Shown here piece by piece: positions 1 through 9,334 of a stretch of 64,000 nt of DNA; positions within the stretch are counted from its first letter, which is position 1; every line of letters begins with the position of its first letter. A program made the translations under genes and the position numbers. This stretch comes from an uncultured virus (IMG/VR IMGVR_UViG_3300023227_000005) (taxonomy: Duplodnaviria; Heunggongvirae; Uroviricota; Caudoviricetes), in IMG/VR virus record IMGVR_UViG_3300023227_000005. One strand, given 5' to 3'. The notes beneath the pieces were generated by a model. It did not search any database. It saw only the letters and a program-made list of their open reading frames with translations, and had not been told where the DNA came from.

Positions 1-3000
1 TTTTGGCATGGTGGGGGTGAATGCCGCTAGAAGTCCCTAGGACGCAACTGGTGGTCCCTGCGGGCTTCACGCAAGTTGCCCTTGCGGTTGGGTTAATCCC
101 AATAGCTTTGGCAATACGCTTGTTTTCTTCTAGGATTACTCTTGCCCCTTCCTTTTGTACCTCTGGATCAAACAATACGTCTGGATTATCCATCATGCCA
201 GTAACAGAAATACCAAGTAGGGCTTCTTTTTCTAGGATTCGCTTACTAACGTCTCCAAGGTAGCCCATGTCAGTATAGCCAGCCTGGGCAGTCCCAATGA
301 TGGCCCCAGCTTTGCAAGCACTATAGAACCTTTCTGGGGTGTTGCAATGCTTGCCGTTAATCTCACAAAGGTTACACTGCTTAGTTAATACGTTGTTGAA
401 TGTGCATTGGTTCTTTTCTTCTTCGTATACGCAATAGGTGGTGTGCAAGCCTTGTAGCTTTGTCACAGATTGAATAATTTGCCTTCTACCTTTACTTTTC
501 GACCTAAGTTTGACTGCATTTGGTATTTGAAGATACCAAACTGAACGTCTCCTTTCTCCAATATTTGTAATTGAACCAGCTTCGGACATTAGGTTTACAC
601 TAGAATTAACCCCAACCTTGGTCAAAAGAAGTTGACAATCTCTAATTTTACTCTCTTCGCCGTATAGTCTACATCCATCATTGGCTTTTGATCCATCTGC
701 GTCAATCCACCCACTAACAAACTCCAATATGCAATGTTCATCCCAGGTAAATACATCTCTAGGTAGCCCTTGAGAGTATTTGAGGTCACAACTAAATTTG
801 TTATCTAGATCTGTAAAGGTTATATGAGCGTGTTCTAAAGCGTATTTTTCATTCGGGGGCTTAGTTTCACTCTGTTTTCCTCGTAGGTTTAGCTTAAAGT
901 CGTCTCCAAATAGGGTTGCAAAAGGAGAATGATTAGGTCTAGCCGTCCCATCTCCTAAGACAAAACCATACTCATAGGCATACTCTTCCCACCTACCTCC
1001 AGGGTTTACACAATTAACCCTGGGCGTCGATATTTTATACTTTTCACCCGTCAGCAGGTCTTTAGTCTTAACAACCCTATATTCTTGTTCAAACCTGTTT
1101 TTAACTAGCCATTCGTGATTATCGGTACAGTCTAGATAAGACCCATCAGAAAGTTCTACTCTGTATAGTTCTCTATTTTCACCTGTCACAAATGGGTTTA
1201 CGGTTTTCCAGGAGTCACCATTCCAAATTTTACAATCTTTACCTACGAGATTTTTGATGTTATCAATGCCGTCCTTGGTAATTAGTTTTGTATCTCCAGA
1301 AACACAAGCCTGCCATCCGCTTTCTCCGGTCTCTACGCATACTGGGTAGAAGCCAATCTCTACACAGGGATTTACCATTAAGTCTCTATGGTCTACCCAA
1401 ACAAACCCAGGCTCTCCATACTGTTTAACGAATCCCATTAGAGTCTGGAATTCTTCAAATGTCGTTTCGCCTCTAACTAGCACAGCCGAATTGTTTGAAC
1501 GTCCACGCTGTGGGTTGTCAATGAACCAGTTCCCAGTCTTGGCTTTCGCCATTTCTTCGTCATCTGGGCTGAATAAACAAATAGTAGCACTACGTCTGAT
1601 ACCACCAGAGATAACAGCATCGCTAGCGTGCATGATGATATCATAACAGTTGATTGACTTAAATCGAGTCTGTCCTGCGGCAAGGGCATCGGCAAAAATT
1701 AGTTTGATCTTATTGAGGGCTTTTTGTAAAGGTTCGGGGCCTGGAGCCTTCCCCCTGCCGCTACCAACCTTAGCACCTTCTGGTCTAATTTCTGAGAGAT
1801 CAAATTCAACATTGTATCCCTCATACTCTGGGAAGTCTCCTCCCCCATAGACACTACTAATGAAAACCCCTAGTGTATCTGCCCAGCCCTCTATGGAGTC
1901 TTCTGCCGTAAAGACTTTAGTGTGTCGACCATCGTTGTCGTTCCATTTCTTTGAGAAGCTAGGTAGTCTATCAATATGATGGTCTTGTACTGAGAACCCA
2001 GTGCCACAGCCACACAAAAGAAGCCATAGGCACTCTTGAAAGAACCGTGACCTATCACAAAAACTGGCGATACAATTACCTGTTGGAGTTCCATTTGGTA
2101 ATACGAAAGATTTTGTATTTTCTACTTCTAGACACCACGTCTCTTCTACTTTCCCGTTTTCAACCCCTATAAGCTTTGTATAGGCAGAAGTCTTGGTATT
2201 TGTTTGATCTTGGATTCTAAACCTAATAGTGAAAGGTCTAGTACCGAAGTTTGTTTCTTGTCCTGTTAAGTCGGTTTCTGATACGATAAAGACTCCAGCA
2301 ACAGGGAAACACTTTCTAATAAACGCTATATGGTCCGCCTCTGACGACTGAATATAGTCACAAAAGCTACCGTTTTTATTGGTGTTCTTCGTACCGTCTG
2401 CCTGTAGATAGCCAGACACAAACGCCCTAATTAGCTCTGGAGAGTCTTTCTTTGGATCTGGGCTGGTCTTTTGGTATCTTCCAGTATAGCAAATAACATC
2501 CCCTCCTAAGGAATCAGAAGAAGATGACTTAAAACCACATCTAGTGAACCTGTCTTCAAAGTCAGAGTCTTTTCCGCCAAGCCTAACCATTGAGTAGTCT
2601 CCATTTATGATTCCGTCTCCATAGGTAAAACCATAACACCAATAGAGCCTTTCCTCTGGAGTAGCCTTCTCGTAATCAAACTCTTGAAAAGTGGGAACCT
2701 GTTTTAACAACTGGTCTCCCACCTTTAATCCATCTGTTATGGAGCCGTCTTTAAGTAACCACCTATGGTTTTCGGTAGCTTTTACCGAGAAGTAATTTGA
2801 AGACTTTTTGAAGTGTAGGGTATCAACCTTTGCTTTACCGTAGTTTTTAACGGTAGCGTTCTGCCAACTACCATCGTGAGACAGAACCTTTAGAATTTGA
2901 CCATCAAAACATTCGCTAAAAGCTTTTACCCCTTCCGAGGTTACAAATTGTTGGGTCTTATCAAAACAATTATACATCTTAGCGTTATTCTTCTCGATGT

Positions 3001-3223
3001 CGATACCACCGAACTGTAGGGCACGCTGCGACCCTAATACAACCTTTTTCTTGGACTGCTCATAAGCCCACTTCAAGTCTTCTGAAATCTCTGGATACTT
3101 TCTTAGCTGCATATCCAGCACTCTATCTTGGGATTCTACCCAGGTCTCTCTTCTTTTTAGGTCCGGTCTGTAGTTAGCATACTTGGACGTAAATGTGTAA
3201 TCTTGTAGAGCCTTAATTGACAT
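1..3223 (-). CDS. nrdJ: Class II (adenosylcobalamin-dependent, monomeric type) ribonucleotide reductase containing two inteins; 3' end lies outside the window
   Basis: Manual translation from ATG 3223 (GAGGA RBS): MSIKALQDYTFTSKYA...RRETW...LGSQRALQFGG...MYN|intein|CIASF...LLLCGCGTGFSV...NPCVEI...GWQA|intein|CNLCEING...TCVKPAGTTS. Absent from the ORF track because it has no stop inside the window. Confidence 0.95.
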   Translation of the reverse strand, partial: MSIKALQDYTFTSKYANYRPDLKRRETWVESQDRVLDMQLRKYPEISEDLKWAYEQSKKKVVLGSQRALQFGGIDIEKNNAKMYNCFDKTQQFVTSEGVKAFSECFDGQILKVLSHDGSWQNATVKNYGKAKVDTLHFKKSSNYFSVKATENHRWLLKDGSITDGLKVGDQLLKQVPTFQEFDYEKATPEERLYWCYGFTYGDGIINGDYSMVRLGGKDSDFEDRFTRCGFKSSSSDSLGGDVICYTGRYQKTSPDPKKDSPELIRAFVSGYLQADGTKNTNKNGSFCDYIQSSEADHIAFIRKCFPVAGVFIVSETDLTGQETNFGTRPFTIRFRIQDQTNTKTSAYTKLIGVENGKVEETWCLEVENTKSFVLPNGTPTGNCIASFCDRSRFFQECLWLLLCGCGTGFSVQDHHIDRLPSFSKKWNDNDGRHTKVFTAEDSIEGWADTLGVFISSVYGGGDFPEYEGYNVEFDLSEIRPEGAKVGSGRGKAPGPEPLQKALNKIKLIFADALAAGQTRFKSINCYDIIMHASDAVISGGIRRSATICLFSPDDEEMAKAKTGNWFIDNPQRGRSNNSAVLVRGETTFEEFQTLMGFVKQYGEPGFVWVDHRDLMVNPCVEIGFYPVCVETGESGWQACVSGDTKLITKDGIDNIKNLVGKDCKIWNGDSWKTVNPFVTGENRELYRVELSDGSYLDCTDNHEWLVKNRFEQEYRVVKTKDLLTGEKYKISTPRVNCVNPGGRWEEYAYEYGFVLGDGTARPNHSPFATLFGDDFKLNLRGKQSETKPPNEKYALEHAHITFTDLDNKFSCDLKYSQGLPRDVFTWDEHCILEFVSGWIDADGSKANDGCRLYGEESKIRDCQLLLTKVGVNSSVNLMSEAGSITNIGERRRSVWYLQIPNAVKLRSKSKGRRQIIQSVTKLQGLHTTYCVYEEEKNQCTFNNVLTKQCNLCEINGKHCNTPERFYSACKAGAIIGTAQAGYTDMGYLGDVSKRILEKEALLGISVTGMMDNPDVLFDPEVQKEGARVILEENKRIAKAIGINPTARATCVKPAGTTSCVLGTSSGIHPHHAK
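377..1306 (-). mobile_element. Intein 2 of NrdJ with LAGLIDADG endonuclease (310 aa), C-terminal Gln
   Basis: Starts CVSGDTKLITKDG, ends CTFNNVLTKQ followed by CNLCE; blocks YGFVLGDG and FVSGWIDADG; 930 nt in frame. Confidence 0.93.
2075..2968 (-). mobile_element. Intein 1 of NrdJ with LAGLIDADG endonuclease (298 aa)
   Basis: Starts CFDKTQQFVTSEG, ends LPNGTPTGN followed by Cys; LAGLIDADG-like blocks YGFTYGDG and FVSGYLQADG; 894 nt in frame. Confidence 0.93.
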
Positions 3224-3263
3224 ATTTTCCTCATTGAATTTTACTTTGTTTCGGTGTGTAGAC

Positions 3264-3300
3264 AAAATAAGGCACCGCTCCGTTCAAGGCGGCACCTTTT
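3264..3300 (-). terminator. Possible intrinsic terminator hairpin
   Basis: Minus strand AAGGTGCCGC...GCGGTGCCTT followed by ATTTT, just after the stop at 3323. Confidence 0.45.
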
Positions 3301-3322
3301 CTGTTATTTGAATTTAGGGGTT

Positions 3323-3649
3323 TTACTCATCAAAGAACTTGCTCATGACCCACTTCACGATCACTTGAACAAGAATTTGAAACGCCACTGCTGCAAGTAA
3401 GGCACCCAGGAAGCCATGTTCTTCTTCTCTAGCCTTGTATAAACCTGCCTCAATAAAGGCAGAACACTCTCTTCTTCTCTTCCACTTGCTAAAAATGTTA
3501 AGACCGCAGCCATCACAGCTTGCCATCTTACTCCAATCTTCTAGGAAGTCTACTGCTCTTCCCGCTACCGCACTTTCGTTTGGATCACTTCCGAACTCTT
3601 TTTCAGCCTTTGACCTAATGCCTTCAAACTTACTCATCACTCTCTCCAC
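3323..3649 (-). CDS. Hypothetical protein with C-terminal TM helix
   Basis: ORF in tightly packed operon; hydrophobic C-terminus. Confidence 0.7.
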   Translation of the reverse strand: MERVMSKFEGIRSKAEKEFGSDPNESAVAGRAVDFLEDWSKMASCDGCGLNIFSKWKRRRECSAFIEAGLYKAREEEHGFLGALLAAVAFQILVQVIVKWVMSKFFDE

Positions 3650-4112
3650 CTAAGGACCACGCGATAGCACTAAACCTTTCTGTCAGTGCCAATTTCTTCT
3701 CGTCTGTCAAAGGTGTATCAAACTCGCCCAGCACAGACTCCATAGCTTCCACTACAAGGGAACCAACTTCGCCCCCATAGTTGTCTTTCAGTTTCTTTCC
3801 GAATACCTCTTTGCTAACAGATGAATAAATCTGTAGGACAGATTGTCCCTTAGCTTCGTACTGGGAAATCCTATCTGAAAACTCTTCGTTGAAAATGGCG
3901 AAAGACTCTTGGTCTTGCTTCTCTGTAATAGTTTCACGCCATGGTGTAACCAAGGTAATCATTTCGTCACTAGGTCTTTCAATCTCCATCACTTGTCTAA
4001 TAGACGGTTCTGGAGTAACGATGACCGAGACAAGGCCCTTTTCAATCAAAGGGATAGAGCAACCTAGGATTATTATAGCTGTTCCGAGGATAATTCTCAA
4101 TCGCTTTTTCAT
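3630..4112 (-). CDS. Hypothetical exported/membrane-anchored protein (possible lipoprotein)
   Basis: MKKRLRIILGTAIIILGC signal-like N-terminus; RBS AAGGAG. Confidence 0.8.
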   Translation of the reverse strand: MKKRLRIILGTAIIILGCSIPLIEKGLVSVIVTPEPSIRQVMEIERPSDEMITLVTPWRETITEKQDQESFAIFNEEFSDRISQYEAKGQSVLQIYSSVSKEVFGKKLKDNYGGEVGSLVVEAMESVLGEFDTPLTDEKKLALTERFSAIAWSLGGESDE

Positions 4113-4114
4113 AA

Positions 4115-4525
4115 TTACTCTCCTTTTTCTGCGGGAGCAATAATGCCGTCAATAGAGGCAACACTCTCATCTTTGTCGTCTTCATTTAGATCGTTGCAAT
4201 ACTCATCAACCATCTTGTTAAGCAAAGACTTCATGTCCTCTGCGGACTCTTGCATTCCATTGTCAACAAGAACATTTACAAAGTCTTCCCATTCTGAAAC
4301 GATATGGGCAAGCTTAGATCTTGCTGGCTTAACTGGTGCAACAGGAACCACTTCTACTTCAACCTCAGGCGTTGGACCCGATGGCATAGGCATTACTGGT
4401 GGTAATTTGTCAACTGCTTCCTTGCCCTTAAACATCTCCGTAATAGAATCGTATCCGAAGATCACTGGAACAAGTAAAACTAGTCCAATAACAACGCACA
4501 CTCCTACTAAAATTGGTGTAATCAT
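4115..4525 (-). CDS. Hypothetical membrane protein
   Basis: N-terminal TM, Pro-rich linker, acidic helical C-terminus. Confidence 0.8.
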   Translation of the reverse strand: MITPILVGVCVVIGLVLLVPVIFGYDSITEMFKGKEAVDKLPPVMPMPSGPTPEVEVEVVPVAPVKPARSKLAHIVSEWEDFVNVLVDNGMQESAEDMKSLLNKMVDEYCNDLNEDDKDESVASIDGIIAPAEKGE

Positions 4526-5466
4526 TATCTCTTTTCCTCAAAGTCGTATGTGTCGATTAAAAACTGTACGTCCATGTCTTTGATTCCAAATCTTCGACTA
4601 ACGACAACATTGTCTTTAATCTCAACGAAGACAGGGATACTTTTGTTGCCCTCTCTAAGTCCTACATAGAAATCAGTAACGAGTGGATCGTCAATGTCAA
4701 GCACTCTAAAATCAGCACTTGCGATTTTCGAGAACTCTAAGCCCTCTACTTTCTTTTCGTATTCTTTAAGAGTCGTAGATTTGAACCGCTTACAAGGTCC
4801 GCACCATTCAGCAGAGAACATAATAACTTGATAAACAGTGTTGTCTACAGTATTTTTCTCTCTTTCTTTTCTAACAAACTCTTTCAATGGCTCTGCATCG
4901 CTAATAGCCTCAGCTACCACTAGCTCTTTTGTGAGTGTCTTCTCGTGACACTTACAGTTTTCACCACATGGGCAAGTTCCAGCCGCAGCTTGTTCTGGAG
5001 TACAGGTACAACCAACGGCCTTTTCTCTTTCTTTCATTAGCTCTTCCAAACCCTCTCTAAGAATAGGTGCGTCAATGACGACCTCCTTATCAAGTTCTAG
5101 TTGCATTTGAGCCATTCTTTCTTCAATTGCGGCAATTCTGTCATCAGAAGATCTATTGCCGTGATACTTACAGTAAAGCTTTACCGCTCCACCGTCAGTA
5201 GGCATTAACCCAGTTCCCTTGCAAGCACAAATCTTTGGATCTGGGTCCATTCTTTGAACTTCGTCGATCACTACCTTTTTAATGAACTCTTTTTCAGCCC
5301 TATTAAAAGCAGTTACGACAAGAGGATAGTATTCAGTGTAAGTACTATTCACAAGTCCAGTATCTACCTCAACAACTGCCGCTGGAGTTTGATCCCCAGG
5401 AACAAATGCTGTGTAGGAAGTCGCCCCTAGCATTACCACTAGGGCAAAAATCAATACATTCTTCAT
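4525..5466 (-). CDS. Exported thioredoxin-domain protein with Cys-rich segments
   Basis: Signal peptide; FSAEWCGPCK thioredoxin motif; CACKGTG and CPCGENCKC clusters. Confidence 0.85.
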   Translation of the reverse strand: MKNVLIFALVVMLGATSYTAFVPGDQTPAAVVEVDTGLVNSTYTEYYPLVVTAFNRAEKEFIKKVVIDEVQRMDPDPKICACKGTGLMPTDGGAVKLYCKYHGNRSSDDRIAAIEERMAQMQLELDKEVVIDAPILREGLEELMKEREKAVGCTCTPEQAAAGTCPCGENCKCHEKTLTKELVVAEAISDAEPLKEFVRKEREKNTVDNTVYQVIMFSAEWCGPCKRFKSTTLKEYEKKVEGLEFSKIASADFRVLDIDDPLVTDFYVGLREGNKSIPVFVEIKDNVVVSRRFGIKDMDVQFLIDTYDFEEKR

Positions 5467-7361
5467 TATAGTACCTCTGTGATAATCGAGTAGTCAAGCT
5501 TTCTAGGCTTAAATCCGTCGATATTGCTGAATACAAACGAGCCATCTGCCCCAAGCATTCTCTTGGCAACGCTTTCGCGAATCCAGAAACTACCTTCGGG
5601 TTGCCCCAATCTCAAAGGACCGCTATTCCAAATGCCCCAAGAGTTTTGAACCAAGAAGAGGGTCTCGTTAAAAATCTCTCTACTGTCGTCACAACCAATC
5701 CAGGCCATAGCGTGTGCCCACGAACCCTTAGGGCTCGCGATGCCGCTCTTGTCTCGGCTACTACCGAAACCCTGACTCGAACAAACTGAGATAGCATAGC
5801 CATTAGCTAGTGCGTCTCTAGCGGCCTCTACGGTGTGAACCATACTGACCGTCTTAACTTGATGCTTAGAAGCCTCAGTAAGAACATCTCTAGGTACGCC
5901 TCTACCACCCCATCCCATGCCAACATTTACGTTGTACTTAGATAGGTCAGCAAAGCTGTACTTCTTTCTTACTAGAATGCCTCCGCTTGTAGATACAAAT
6001 CTAGCAGCAGCACTACAGGACATACCTTGTCCTCTGTGGCCCCTAGCTCCATAAATACCCTCTGTGGCACTTCGGCCCACAAAGTCTTCTGCTTCTCCGT
6101 TATCAATCTCTACTGCTCGACTAATGTCTACAGCATTTCTTGTAGCGTGAGATACGCAGTTGTGAGAAATAACACCATTAGCTAAAAAACAATGGTCTTC
6201 GTGTTCAACGCCTATATCATAAACTTCGTGTGATCCTGCTTCAAGCTCTGTAGAACTAACTAAAATATGCAGTAAACCATCTTCTACATAAGAATAATTT
6301 TTCTTCTTCTCAAAAATACAAGAAACTCTATAACTAACACTAGAAGTTTCATAAGACCCATTTTTAGACCTATGAAAAATATTGATAGTTGGTCTATATC
6401 CAAGCTTTAGGTAAGAATAATAAACTCCATAAGCTAAAGATACAGATTTAGAATCAAACGTTTCTTTTCCAGGTTTTCTGAAACCGTCAGAGTCTATCAA
6501 TCCGCATAAAATCTCAGTGTTGCCAATTGCTCCAAGGGGAAAAACCTTGTCTTTATCTTGATTATAAGCAATCGCTCTAAGAGGTTCAGCTAAACCTGGG
6601 CACCAACACCTAAACCTAAACGCTGTGGTGTCTTTGCCTTTGTAGTTGCACCTTCTGACTCTAAAACCAAAATCTTCTAGCAAATCTTTACAGGTTCTAT
6701 AATAATCTTCCTGGTGCTCTGCGAAGGTTATTTCTATTTGTTTTGTATCGCACCACCCGTCACCCAAAAAATAACCCAAAAACCAATCAAAATCTTTATG
6801 ACTTGAAAAGGGAGAGAGGTTAAACTTTTCACCATCTAGCAAACTAGCTGGGGTAACTAAATAGTCTCCCTTTTCAATGTGTTTGGCCTCTATAAGAGAT
6901 CTGTTTCCATCTCTTGAAACCATAACTTCATGGTCTTCTGTTACAATTAGCGGTACAGACTCCTTCGTCTTTATTTTTACAAGGCTTTTTTGGGAAATTT
7001 GCTTTTTTGTGCTAATTACCCTGGTTAAATCGCCATCTGGACCAAATATCATATCTCCTATCTTGACCTTTTCTATAGTCTTGGTCTCTTCTCCAATAAC
7101 TATTGTGCCCTTTGCGTAACAGTCACCTGTCTTTTGTGCTTCTGCTGGCCCAAATCCTGGGTCATACTTCAACAGGGACTTGAAAGGAAGACTAATCTTC
7201 CCTTCACCAGTCCCGTACAAGTTATGAGCAGCAACACTGAATAATGGGTGCTTTAGTTCACCCAACAGTGCGTCCAATTCTTCTTTGTCACAATACGAAC
7301 CGACTAAACCTTGTTCGTATGCTTTCTCAATAGTCTGAGGACTTTCAAAATGATTACTCAT
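5466..7361 (-). CDS. Papain-like (C1-type) cysteine peptidase interrupted by an intein
   Basis: Exteins rejoin as QKTGD-CVSHA (oxyanion Gln and catalytic Cys), WAHAM (His), VQNSWG (Asn). Confidence 0.88.
   Translation of the reverse strand: MSNHFESPQTIEKAYEQGLVGSYCDKEELDALLGELKHPLFSVAAHNLYGTGEGKISLPFKSLLKYDPGFGPAEAQKTGDCYAKGTIVIGEETKTIEKVKIGDMIFGPDGDLTRVISTKKQISQKSLVKIKTKESVPLIVTEDHEVMVSRDGNRSLIEAKHIEKGDYLVTPASLLDGEKFNLSPFSSHKDFDWFLGYFLGDGWCDTKQIEITFAEHQEDYYRTCKDLLEDFGFRVRRCNYKGKDTTAFRFRCWCPGLAEPLRAIAYNQDKDKVFPLGAIGNTEILCGLIDSDGFRKPGKETFDSKSVSLAYGVYYSYLKLGYRPTINIFHRSKNGSYETSSVSYRVSCIFEKKKNYSYVEDGLLHILVSSTELEAGSHEVYDIGVEHEDHCFLANGVISHNCVSHATRNAVDISRAVEIDNGEAEDFVGRSATEGIYGARGHRGQGMSCSAAARFVSTSGGILVRKKYSFADLSKYNVNVGMGWGGRGVPRDVLTEASKHQVKTVSMVHTVEAARDALANGYAISVCSSQGFGSSRDKSGIASPKGSWAHAMAWIGCDDSREIFNETLFLVQNSWGIWNSGPLRLGQPEGSFWIRESVAKRMLGADGSFVFSNIDGFKPRKLDYSIITEVL
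6159..7121 (-). mobile_element. Intein with LAGLIDADG endonuclease (321 aa) in peptidase
   Basis: CYAKGTIV start, block B VTEDHEV, FLGYFLGDG / LCGLIDSDG, VYDIGV...FLANGVISHN followed by Cys. Confidence 0.95.
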
Positions 7362-7378
7362 GTGTTGCTCTCCGTTGT

Positions 7379-7633
7379 TTACTCGTTATCTTCTGTTTGA
7401 TCTTCGTTCCCGAATGTTGTGTCCTTGATCCAACGGATCGCAGTATTCAGGGCCATTGTCACCATTGGGATAACAATTAACAGGTTCTCACCCATCTCAA
7501 TGTTACCAATGTTGTCAACGACGAAGGTCAAAACAGCAGCCAAACCAACCATGATTGCATTCTTGAGTACGTCCATTAGGTCCGTATTGTTGAACTTGAA
7601 TCTTGGAGATCCCTTTTTCTTTTCATCTGCCAT
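7379..7633 (-). CDS. Small 2-TM membrane protein (holin-like)
   Basis: 84 aa, two hydrophobic helices, charged termini, directly upstream of the peptidase. Confidence 0.55.
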   Translation of the reverse strand: MADEKKKGSPRFKFNNTDLMDVLKNAIMVGLAAVLTFVVDNIGNIEMGENLLIVIPMVTMALNTAIRWIKDTTFGNEDQTEDNE

Positions 7634-7673
7634 CTTATCACCTTTATTGTGTGAGGTTAACTAAAAACGAAGC

Positions 7674-8333
7674 TTACAGAGTGCCTGATCCGTCGTTGTA
7701 GCTTCTTGTGTCTACTCCTTCCATGTCTCTAAATCGAGCATTAACAGGTTGTGGGGCACCAGTTCTGTAGGTTAATTCACCTGGGAACTGTCTGTTGTAC
7801 TCAACCGCTTGGTCGAAGCCTTCTTCGCCAGCTTCCGTAGTAGCAGCGAACTTGTACTCTTTGCCTTCGTTAGCATCTGCGACTTTACCTGGAACTCTTT
7901 CGACACCAGGAAGAATTGGGTAAACCCATTGTTGCTTCCCTTGCATCGTTGTTCCAACGTGAGTGTTACGCTTGTAACGAGAAACCCCTGCTACGTCTGA
8001 GGCTGGGGTTTGTAGGTTCGACGGCTCACCATTGATGGTGGCATCCAGACCGATAGCGATAACGTTTTGATCGCTGTAAGCGTACTGTTGGGCGAACCCA
8101 CCAGCACTATCTGGATTAGCCTCAATCAGACCATTAGGATCTGTGAGGTCGTCGCTAGTAGCCTCAGCCTTAACTAGCTGGGAACCATATTTGCCCTGAA
8201 AGCCGAGATCCTTGATCTCTAGGCTGTTGGTGATTTTAGAGTCTTCGTGGATGTTACCACCTTGGATAACTGTACCACCATCGTTGTTAGCTACTTGTGA
8301 GCCACTAGAACCTTTTGCACCTTGTACGGCCAT
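7674..8333 (-). CDS. Hypothetical protein (possibly virion-associated)
   Basis: Gly/Ala/Asn-rich, Cys-free; RBS GGAG; downstream of a GTGTATAAT motif. Confidence 0.7.
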   Translation of the reverse strand: MAVQGAKGSSGSQVANNDGGTVIQGGNIHEDSKITNSLEIKDLGFQGKYGSQLVKAEATSDDLTDPNGLIEANPDSAGGFAQQYAYSDQNVIAIGLDATINGEPSNLQTPASDVAGVSRYKRNTHVGTTMQGKQQWVYPILPGVERVPGKVADANEGKEYKFAATTEAGEEGFDQAVEYNRQFPGELTYRTGAPQPVNARFRDMEGVDTRSYNDGSGTL

Positions 8334-8407
8334 GTTTTTTCTCCGAAAATGTAGAATTTGTGTTTATCATAATTCCAATTCCGCAAAAGATCCTAGTTTC
8401 CTATCTA

Positions 8408-8416
8408 ATTATACAC
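8408..8416 (-). promoter_or_regulatory. GTGTATAAT promoter motif (second class; usually no -35)
   Basis: The same 9-mer recurs near gene starts at 17266, 19548, 25838(+), 25865, 35184, 37269, 39457, 47722(+) and 59452. Confidence 0.65.
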
Positions 8417-8916
8417 TATTCCAATCGTGCTTTCAAAGATTTTAGTGCCCTTTTCTTTCGGATAGCAATGATCTGCTTACTAACTCCGACCTTCTCAGCT
8501 AGTTCTTTGATCGTTAGACCATTGAAGTATAGCTCTTCGATAACGTCACCATGTTTGATGCGTGAAATCTCATCTCTCATCTCGAAACTATCGATAGCGG
8601 CAGAATCAACACCAATGTTGTCGTGTATTGGCTCTTCTTGTTTCTTTCCTACCATCACAAACTTCACAGCCGTCTTGCACTCAAGCTGTACCCCTCGATA
8701 GAGAAAGCTTGTAAACTTGGGAGCCTCTTTCTTGTTGCGTCTGGGGGCCTCCACGTCGTATCTGCTGAGTGCTTTCCACAACGCGGTAAGTTTGCACGAT
8801 TCGATTTCGTCGTAGCTCAGTAGCCCAAAGAAACGCCTGGAGGCCTTGGCCATGATCTTTTGATAGTCTTGATTTTCAATCGCCACAAGCATGTCGTCAT
8901 TGCTAATATCATTCAT
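8416..8916 (-). CDS. Sigma-70-family (ECF-like) sigma factor
   Basis: Region-2-like ALWKALSRYD...KFTSFLY and region-4 HTH LYFNGLTIKELAEKVGVSKQIIAIRKKRALKSLK. Confidence 0.82.
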   Translation of the reverse strand: MNDISNDDMLVAIENQDYQKIMAKASRRFFGLLSYDEIESCKLTALWKALSRYDVEAPRRNKKEAPKFTSFLYRGVQLECKTAVKFVMVGKKQEEPIHDNIGVDSAAIDSFEMRDEISRIKHGDVIEELYFNGLTIKELAEKVGVSKQIIAIRKKRALKSLKARLE

Positions 8917-9334
8917 TGTTGGTAACTCCTAGATCCTGTTGTAGATTTGCTCTAACGTCCTTTAGTGTGAATGCCTTGCCCAACCCGATGAGGAATCTAT
9001 ACTTGCTCAAAATTTCCAAGTACTCAATCCCTTCTGTCTTATTCAGCTTCATAACCAATTCATTAGTGATTGGAAAATTACAGTGTGCCAACCAGCACTC
9101 AAAGTTGGTTGTGAGTTTAATTCCCTCAAGTAAGTCCTCAGTAACTGGGAATTGCATTACTGCGTACTGCTCGTCGTTCTCTTGTTCTTCCTCGAACTCT
9201 TCTACAAAATCGTCCTTCTCTACCGCTTCTTTTGGTTTAATGAAGCTGCCAGTCATCAATAACTTGGAGATACTAATATGCTTATTGACATAATGCTCAA
9301 ACTTCTCCCACATGATAAACTTATCTTTACTCAT
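8909..9334 (-). CDS. Hypothetical protein
   Basis: ORF; start adjusted to MSKDK with RBS GAGGGA. Confidence 0.75.
   Translation of the reverse strand: MSKDKFIMWEKFEHYVNKHISISKLLMTGSFIKPKEAVEKDDFVEEFEEEQENDEQYAVMQFPVTEDLLEGIKLTTNFECWLAHCNFPITNELVMKLNKTEGIEYLEILSKYRFLIGLGKAFTLKDVRANLQQDLGVTNNE

Noticed and set aside
21..2094. Short ORFs in the track at 21, 1477, 1650 and 1891
   Set aside because: Alternative-frame or antisense shadows of the long nrdJ frame.
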